Assembly (NCBI GenBank): GCA_963713045.1
Contig: CAVQKE010000003.1
Coordinates: 288,001-352,000 of the forward strand
Length of the DNA stretch: 64,000 bases
Reading direction: 5' to 3'
Origin: an uncultured delta proteobacterium
Lineage (GTDB): Bacteria; Myxococcota; Myxococcia; Myxococcales; Myxococcaceae
A model generated the notes under the pieces. That model saw only the letters and a list, made by a program, of their open reading frames with translations, was not told the DNA's origin and did not search any database. A program made the position numbers and the translations under genes. Below, piece after piece: positions 58,140-64,000 of this stretch; the stretch's first letter is position 1; every line of letters begins with the position of its first letter.

Positions 58140-60179
58140 TTAGGGTCCCGGTGGGGTCGGCGGCGGCAAAACACGGGCCAAGGGCCTGGCCTGCGCGGCG
58201 GTGCGCGTCTCGTCCGGCGCTGGCCCGGCGGCCGGCGGGCGCGGCGGCTTCACCTCCGCTGCCGGCCGAGGAGGCAGTGGGACGGAGGGCAACGACGTGG
58301 TGGCGGCAATGCTGGCGCTGGCGTCGCCGCGTTTGAGCTCAAAAAACTTCTCGATGATGGCGGCGGCGGTGGGAGCGGCCTCCGAGGCGCCGTGGCCGCC
58401 GTGCTCGCTGAGGACCACCACCACCAATTCCGGCTCCTCCGCCGGGGCGATGGCCGCGAACCAGGCGTGGTCGCGCTGCCAGAAGTTGAGCGAAGCCTCC
58501 TTGACCCGCACCTTGCCCAGGGTGGTGACTTGAGCGGTGCCCGTCTTGCCGGCGTACTTGATGTCGGCCAGCCGAGAACGGTAGGCGGTGCCGCCCGGCT
58601 CATTCACCACCGCCGTCAGCGCGTCGAGGACCAGACGACGGTTGTCCGGGTCGATCGGCACCTGGCGCATTACCTCTGGCTGAAACTCCTGCAGCGTCTT
58701 GCCGTCCGGACTTTCAATGCGCCGCACCAGCTGCGGGCGAAACAGCTGCCCGCCATTGGCGATGGTGGCGTAGACGTTGGCCAGCTGCAGCGGGGTGACG
58801 TTGACGTCGCCTTGGCCAATGGCGCTGTTGAGGGCGAGGCCTTTGGTGTAGCCGCCCGGGGTGACGCGGTCATGGTAAGCGCTGTCCGGCATGATGCCGG
58901 GGACTTCCGCCACCACGCCCACCGCGGTTGGCGCCCCGAGTCCCAAGGCCCGGCCCATCTGCGCGATGGGGTCAAGCCCGAGCAAGTCCGCCACGTGGTA
59001 GAAGTAGGTGTCACAGGAGTGCTGCAGCGCATGTCGCGCGTCCATTAGTCCGTGTCCGGCCTCGTACCAGCAGCGCCAGCGCCGAGCGCCGAGCGTGTAG
59101 CCTCCGCTGCAATTCACCAAGGCGTTGGGCGACAGCACCCGGCTCTGCAGCGCGGCCAACGCGGTGACTACTTTAAACGTTGACCCCGGGCTGTAGTGCT
59201 GCTGGGTGGGCCTGAAAATCATCGGCTGAAGCGGGTCTCTGGCCAGCTCCGCCATTTGTGCCGCCGTCACCCGCCCGGTTAGCAGGTTGGGGTCGAAGCC
59301 CGGGCGGGACACCATCGCCAGGATGTAGCCGGTGCGCACGTCCATCGCCACCACGGCACCGGCCACCGCTGGGAAAGCGCGCTCCGCCTCTGCTTGCAGG
59401 CGCATGTCCAGGCTGAGCACCACCGTGTCCCCCGGGCGGGGGGACACCGGCGTGCGGCCGGCGAGCAAGTCATTCAACTCCTGAATGGTTTCCCCCCGCG
59501 CATTCACCACTTCTTGCCGCAAGCCATCCACGCCCCGCAGCTCGCGCTCGAAGCGGCGCTCCACGCCGCGTCGGCCGACGAAGTCCCCCAGCGCATAGTT
59601 GGAGCCGGCCGGCGCTTGGTCGAGCTCCTCCTGCGAAATCTCGTTCATGTAGCCGACCACGTGGGAAAGCACCGCGCCGGCCCGGTATTGCCGGTGGGGA
59701 ACGGCCGGCCAGTCCACGCCCGCCAGCTCCGGCTTGTGCGCCGCCAGCGTGTCCAGCTCGTCGCGGGTGAGGTCCAACTGCACCGGGACACTTTGGAACG
59801 GGGCACTCTTCTTTGCCGCGCGCAGCAGCGCCTCGACGTGCGCGCGGGTCAGGTCATCCCAAGCGAGCCACCCGGCCAGCCGGGGCAGCACCTCCTCGGT
59901 ACAGTGCTCGCAGAAGGCCGGGGTGATGAAGACGTCAAAAGAGGGACGGCTGTCCACCAGCACTTCCCCGCGCCGGTCTTTGATGATGCCTCGGTCGGCC
60001 CGGATGCGAATCTCCTTCACGAAGTTGGCGACCGACTTGGCGGCGTATTCGTCGCCCCGAATGATTTGCAACCGGTAGAGGCGCACGGTCAGCAACAGCA
60101 GGCCGGCCAGCATGGCCACGCCCAGCCACAGCGCTCGCTGCTTCAAGTCCCGTCCGCTGGTGGACTGGCCGAGGGTCAT
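58140..60179 (-). CDS. mrdA: Penicillin-binding protein 2
   Basis: RG.I.DR.G, PGSTFK, SCD, GKTGT. ATG overlaps the mreD stop. Confidence 0.95.
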   Translation of the reverse strand: MTLGQSTSGRDLKQRALWLGVAMLAGLLLLTVRLYRLQIIRGDEYAAKSVANFVKEIRIRADRGIIKDRRGEVLVDSRPSFDVFITPAFCEHCTEEVLPRLAGWLAWDDLTRAHVEALLRAAKKSAPFQSVPVQLDLTRDELDTLAAHKPELAGVDWPAVPHRQYRAGAVLSHVVGYMNEISQEELDQAPAGSNYALGDFVGRRGVERRFERELRGVDGLRQEVVNARGETIQELNDLLAGRTPVSPRPGDTVVLSLDMRLQAEAERAFPAVAGAVVAMDVRTGYILAMVSRPGFDPNLLTGRVTAAQMAELARDPLQPMIFRPTQQHYSPGSTFKVVTALAALQSRVLSPNALVNCSGGYTLGARRWRCWYEAGHGLMDARHALQHSCDTYFYHVADLLGLDPIAQMGRALGLGAPTAVGVVAEVPGIMPDSAYHDRVTPGGYTKGLALNSAIGQGDVNVTPLQLANVYATIANGGQLFRPQLVRRIESPDGKTLQEFQPEVMRQVPIDPDNRRLVLDALTAVVNEPGGTAYRSRLADIKYAGKTGTAQVTTLGKVRVKEASLNFWQRDHAWFAAIAPAEEPELVVVVLSEHGGHGASEAAPTAAAIIEKFFELKRGDASASIAATTSLPSVPLPPRPAAEVKPPRPPAAGPAPDETRTAAQARPLARVLPPPTPPGP

Positions 60180-60700
60180 TTGTGCAGCTCGAGCAGCCCG
60201 GGCTCCACCCGCTCGGCGACGGGTCCGAAGCGCTGCAGGAGCGGGTACAGGCAGAAGGCAGCCGCGCCAGTCAGCACGACTTCCAGCGGGAGCCCGGCCG
60301 GAGACAGGCCGGCCACCCCCCATGTCTTGCTGGTGAGCCAGCTGACCAACAGCGCGAGCAGCCCGTGCACCGCATCGGCCCCCATCGCAAACAGGGCGAA
60401 GCCGGTTATCCCGCGGACCTCCACCAGGGAACGTGCGACGCGGCCCAAGAGGAAGGTGAGCACCGCGAGGAAGGTGTACAGCCCGGTGGGCCGGCCGCTC
60501 ATCAAGTCCAAAAGGTAGCCCACCGCGAAGGCGCCGAAGGCCCCTTCGAGGAGCCCCGCCCGGAGCGAAAGGAAGGCGACCATGGCGACTGTCACGTCAA
60601 TGCGCGCCAGCGTCAGCCCGAGGTATTTCACCAGGACCGACTCCACCGCCAAAAGCACCAGCGCCAGTGCGGCGACAAACAAAAGACGGGCCATCGTCAT
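60176..60700 (-). CDS. mreD: Rod shape-determining protein MreD
   Basis: Hydrophobic protein with G.LLD..SG...G, between mreC and mrdA. Confidence 0.85.
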   Translation of the reverse strand: MTMARLLFVAALALVLLAVESVLVKYLGLTLARIDVTVAMVAFLSLRAGLLEGAFGAFAVGYLLDLMSGRPTGLYTFLAVLTFLLGRVARSLVEVRGITGFALFAMGADAVHGLLALLVSWLTSKTWGVAGLSPAGLPLEVVLTGAAAFCLYPLLQRFGPVAERVEPGLLELHK

Positions 60701-61581
60701 CGAGGCCGCTCCTCAACCCGCGCCGGGACTGGCGCGCCGCGTGGAAGGAGGGCCGCCGTTCCGGGCGGCGCCGAGAGCACCAGCACCTCTTCCAGCCGGG
60801 AGAAGTCCACCGAAGGCAGCAGCATGGCGCCCAAAAACATCCCCGACCCCTGCCGCTGCACCTCGGTGGCCCGTCCCACCATCAACCCCGGCGGGTAGAC
60901 GCCGTCCGTTCCGGACGTCACCACGGCGTCGCCCTCCTCCAAGTCCTCCGCGCGGGCCAGGTAGTCAAGGCGCAACAGCCGCTCGTCGCCGGTTCCGGCG
61001 GCGCCGGCCCGGGCGCGGGTGCGCTGCACGCGCACGCCGAGGCGCGAATTGGGGTCGGCCAACAGAAGCACATCGGCCGAGCTGCTGGTGACGCGAAGCA
61101 CCTGTCCTACCACCCCGTCCGGCGTCACCACCGGCAGGTTCCGCGCCACGCCGTCGGCCTCGCCCCGGTTGATGCGCACGGTGAGGCGGTTGGCGTCGGG
61201 GTTGATGCCCACCACCCGGGCGGCCACCAACGGCCCAGTTTGCGCCTCGGCGTAGTTGAGAAGGCGCCGCAGGCGCTCGTTCTCCGTCCGCGCCTCCTGC
61301 ATCCCGCTGACGTCCTGACGCAGCTGTTGAATTTCCTCGCGCATCGCCACGTTTTCCCGCTCCACCCGCCGCAGTGAGACGTAGCGCCCCCAGCTGGACG
61401 TCACGGCGTCGATGACGGACACCAGGCCTCGCTGCACCGGGGCACTCACGCCGAGCAGCGCGGTGTCCACGACGTTGGGCTCACGCACGCTGCGGCCGGA
61501 GCTGAGGAGACTGATGAGGGGGTAGGCCAACAGCACCAGCACGAGCAACGGCTCGAGGTGACGCTTCAGCAGGGCCAACAC
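60697..61581 (-). CDS. mreC: Rod shape-determining protein MreC
   Basis: TM, coiled coil ENERLRRLL, NRG..DGV, GVVG, VTSG.DGVYPPG. Confidence 0.95.
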   Translation of the reverse strand: MLALLKRHLEPLLVLVLLAYPLISLLSSGRSVREPNVVDTALLGVSAPVQRGLVSVIDAVTSSWGRYVSLRRVERENVAMREEIQQLRQDVSGMQEARTENERLRRLLNYAEAQTGPLVAARVVGINPDANRLTVRINRGEADGVARNLPVVTPDGVVGQVLRVTSSSADVLLLADPNSRLGVRVQRTRARAGAAGTGDERLLRLDYLARAEDLEEGDAVVTSGTDGVYPPGLMVGRATEVQRQGSGMFLGAMLLPSVDFSRLEEVLVLSAPPGTAALLPRGAPVPARVEERPR

Positions 61582-61658
61582 GTTCGGGGAGTGTCCTTCT
61601 AAGACTGCTCAATCCCTTGCACTTTCCCCCCGGGTTGCCTATGCGGTCAACCCCTTCC

Positions 61659-63215
61659 ATGAGCGCCTTCGAGCCCCGACGCCTCTTCAGCTTCCTCTTC
61701 GTGCTCGCCATCGCGGTGGTTTTCGTCCTGCAGTTCGGCCCCGGCAGTCGGGGCTGTGATGCCCCGCTCACCCCCAGTGTGAGCACCGCAGCGGCGCTGG
61801 TGAACGGCAAGGAAATCCCCCTGCGCGACTTCCAGCGGGCCTACGCCCTTCGGCTCCAAGCCTACCGCTCCCAGGGCGAGCTTCCAGAAGCCTTCCTGCA
61901 GCAGATTGCCGCCGGAACCCTGGACGAGATGGTGAGCTTTGAGCTCCTCAGCCAGGCAGCCGAGGCCTCTGGCGTCGGCATCTCGGACGATGAATTGCTG
62001 GAAATCCTCCATAAGAACAGAGAGTTCCAGAAGGACGGCGCCTTCGACTTCGAGCGCTATTCGCAGGTGCTCCGCGACTACTACGGCAAGACGCCGGCCG
62101 ACTTCGAGGCGGAGCTCCGCCGGCGGCTGGCCGCGGTGCGCCAGCTGGAGATGGTGGAGTCCACCGCGGTGGTCAGTGAAGACGAGGTGTATGCCCGTTT
62201 TCTCAAAGACGGCGACACGGTGACGCTGACGGTTGTGCGCTTTTTGCCCAGCATGTTCGCCAGCCAGCTGAAGGCGCCCACACCGGCGGAAATTGCCGCC
62301 TACCGGGCATCCCACGACGCGGCGGTCCAGGCCTACTACGCCGAAAACCCAGCCTCCTACCGCACCGAGGAGAAGGTGCGCGCCCGCCACCTGCTGGTGC
62401 AGCTGGCAAAGGACGCTCCGCCGGCTGCGGTGGCCGAAGCCAAGGCCAAGGCCGAGGGCTACCGGCAAGAAATTCTCGGCGGAAAGCCCTTCGCCGACGT
62501 GGCCCGCGCCTCCTCCGACGACGTCGGCACCAAAGCCGTCGGCGGGGACCTCGGCTGGGCGGAGCGCAACGCCTACGTCCCCGAATTCGCGCGGGCCGCC
62601 TTTAGCCTCAAGGTGGGCGAGGTTTCCGAGCCCGTCCGGACGCCCTTCGGCTGGCACCTCATTCTGGTGGAGGAGAAGCAGCCGGCCGTGGCCAAGCCCC
62701 TGGCCGAAGTCGCTGACGACATTGCGACGCTGCTGCTGAAGCGCGAACGGGCCCGAGCGCTGGCCGAGGCCGAGGCCAAGCGGACGCTGGCCGCCGTCGA
62801 GGCCGGCAAGTCCCTCACCCAGCTGCACCCCGGGAAGAAGGAGGCAGAAGGCAGCTTCGAGCTGGCCAAAAAGCCCGAGGCCGTGGACACCGGCAGCTTC
62901 AGCGTCTCGCGTTCCTTCGTCCCGCAGGTGGGCCCGGCGCCGGAGTTGCTGGCGGCGGCGGCCGCGGCCTCGGCGGTGGGGCCGCTGCCCAACGTGTTCC
63001 CCGCCGGCGAGGGCTTCGTGGTGGCGGAAGTGACGGCGCGCGAGCGCGCGACGAAAAGCAGCTTCGATGCGAAGAAGGCCAGCGTCTGGGCCGATGCGCT
63101 GAGGGCCAAACAAAGCACGCTGCGCACCTCCTACCTCGAGGCGCTGAAGAAGACGGCCAAAGTCGTCACCAACCAAAGCCTGGTGGGTGCGGCTCCCCTC
63201 AATCAGGCGGGCTGA
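61659..63215 (+). CDS. ppiD: PpiD-like periplasmic chaperone (SurA N-terminal + parvulin domain)
   Basis: N-terminal TM, VNG.EI, ARHLL, GGDLGW, PVRTPFGWHLI. Confidence 0.85.
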   Translation: MSAFEPRRLFSFLFVLAIAVVFVLQFGPGSRGCDAPLTPSVSTAAALVNGKEIPLRDFQRAYALRLQAYRSQGELPEAFLQQIAAGTLDEMVSFELLSQAAEASGVGISDDELLEILHKNREFQKDGAFDFERYSQVLRDYYGKTPADFEAELRRRLAAVRQLEMVESTAVVSEDEVYARFLKDGDTVTLTVVRFLPSMFASQLKAPTPAEIAAYRASHDAAVQAYYAENPASYRTEEKVRARHLLVQLAKDAPPAAVAEAKAKAEGYRQEILGGKPFADVARASSDDVGTKAVGGDLGWAERNAYVPEFARAAFSLKVGEVSEPVRTPFGWHLILVEEKQPAVAKPLAEVADDIATLLLKRERARALAEAEAKRTLAAVEAGKSLTQLHPGKKEAEGSFELAKKPEAVDTGSFSVSRSFVPQVGPAPELLAAAAAASAVGPLPNVFPAGEGFVVAEVTARERATKSSFDAKKASVWADALRAKQSTLRTSYLEALKKTAKVVTNQSLVGAAPLNQAG

Positions 63216-64000
63216 GGGGGCGGGGCCGCCTCGCTGCTTGGTGCCGGACGCACCCTCGGCATCGGCGGCGTCGCCGTCGCCACGCCGTCGCGGCCCCGCC
63301 CCTTCACGCTGTACATGGCGGCGTCGGAGGCGGCGATGAGGCCGAGGCCATCCCGGGAATGGTCTGGGAAGCAGGCCACGCCGATGGAGGCAGTGACGCG
63401 GAGCTGCAGGCCCTGTTCGGCGGTGAAGCGTTGGGTCCGAAACGCTTGCACCAGCCGCTCGGCCGTCTCGACAGCGCGCTGGGGGCCGGTCTCCGGTAGG
63501 AGGAGGGCAAATTCATCGCCGCCGTAGCGAAACGCCGAATCCACCGGACGGGCATGCTCCCTGAGGAGCAGCCCCACTTCCCGCAGCACCGCGCTTCCAG
63601 CCAGGTGCCCGTGGGCGTCATTCACCGCCTTGAAGTGGTCCAGGTCCAGAAAGAGGAGCGCCAGCGGGTGGCCGAAGCCTTGGGCCCGGGTCACCTCCCG
63701 GTCGAGCAGCGTCCGAAGCTGGCGCACGTTGCCGAGACCGGTGTGCTCGTCGGTCAAGGTGAGTTCCTGGGCGCGCTGGAAGTTGCGGGCATTCTCAATG
63801 GCGATGGCGGCGAAGTCGGCCACCGCGGTGACCGCTTGGAGGTCCTCATCGGTGAAGGTCGGGTCGCCCTCGCCATTCACCAATTCAATGACGCCCAGCA
63901 CCCGCCGGCGGAACACCAGCGGGACAGCCAGAACGCTGCGCGTGCGGAACGACGAGGCCGCGTCAAAGCGAGGAGAGAAGTCCGGCGCCGTGCGCACGTC
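63203..64000 (-). CDS. GAF-GGDEF diguanylate cyclase (5' part outside the window)
   Basis: GAF tail, TDEHTGL, DLDHFK.VND..GH..G, RxxD I-site (RPVD) five residues before an intact GGDEF. Confidence 0.92.
   Translation of the reverse strand, partial: DVRTAPDFSPRFDAASSFRTRSVLAVPLVFRRRVLGVIELVNGEGDPTFTDEDLQAVTAVADFAAIAIENARNFQRAQELTLTDEHTGLGNVRQLRTLLDREVTRAQGFGHPLALLFLDLDHFKAVNDAHGHLAGSAVLREVGLLLREHARPVDSAFRYGGDEFALLLPETGPQRAVETAERLVQAFRTQRFTAEQGLQLRVTASIGVACFPDHSRDGLGLIAASDAAMYSVKGRGRDGVATATPPMPRVRPAPSSEAAPPPQPA

Noticed and set aside
56991..61581. mreC-mreD-mrdA-rodA operon lacking mreB
   Set aside because: As I recall, mreB is also encoded separately in Myxococcus, so this is not unusual for the lineage.
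61647..63176. 509-aa minus-strand ORF opposite ppiD
   Set aside because: Antisense shadow with no recognisable domain.

Overview
High-GC bacterial window, very probably Myxococcota. Evidence: an FHA-sigma54 activator, DAG/DGG-repeat lipoproteins, and a pdh / GspE-PilB ATPase / hemD-hemC-hemA-ccsA / trxA / PilZ / rodA-mrdA-mreD-mreC / ppiD / GGDEF block. About 1-37 kb is an accessory patchwork, by eye lower in GC; about 39-64 kb is core genome. The accessory part carries: (i) a Rieske-glutaredoxin-ferredoxin:thioredoxin reductase (FTR)-Rieske operon, with a CWC variant of the FTR CHC motif; (ii) a NapH-like/NapG-like/Tat-molybdoenzyme operon; (iii) a complete IS4-family element with a 10-bp target duplication plus a third target copy; (iv) an OmpA / coiled-coil-HhH / OmpA trio bracketed by IS sequences; (v) the strongest candidate for a new system, a coupled four-gene operon of eukaryote-like steroid enzymes (5-alpha-reductase, SDR, ERG2/sigma-1 receptor-family isomerase, 3-beta-HSD-like extended SDR); (vi) assorted redox and stress genes. 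At the core boundary a sigma54 promoter precedes a response regulator and a kinase whose phospho-accepting His is replaced by Gln. Several frameshifts (single-G losses, and a burst of indels in the GspE/PilB ATPase core) look like assembly or consensus errors. No rRNA, tRNA or CRISPR array was found. All family assignments come from motif recognition by eye, not database searches.
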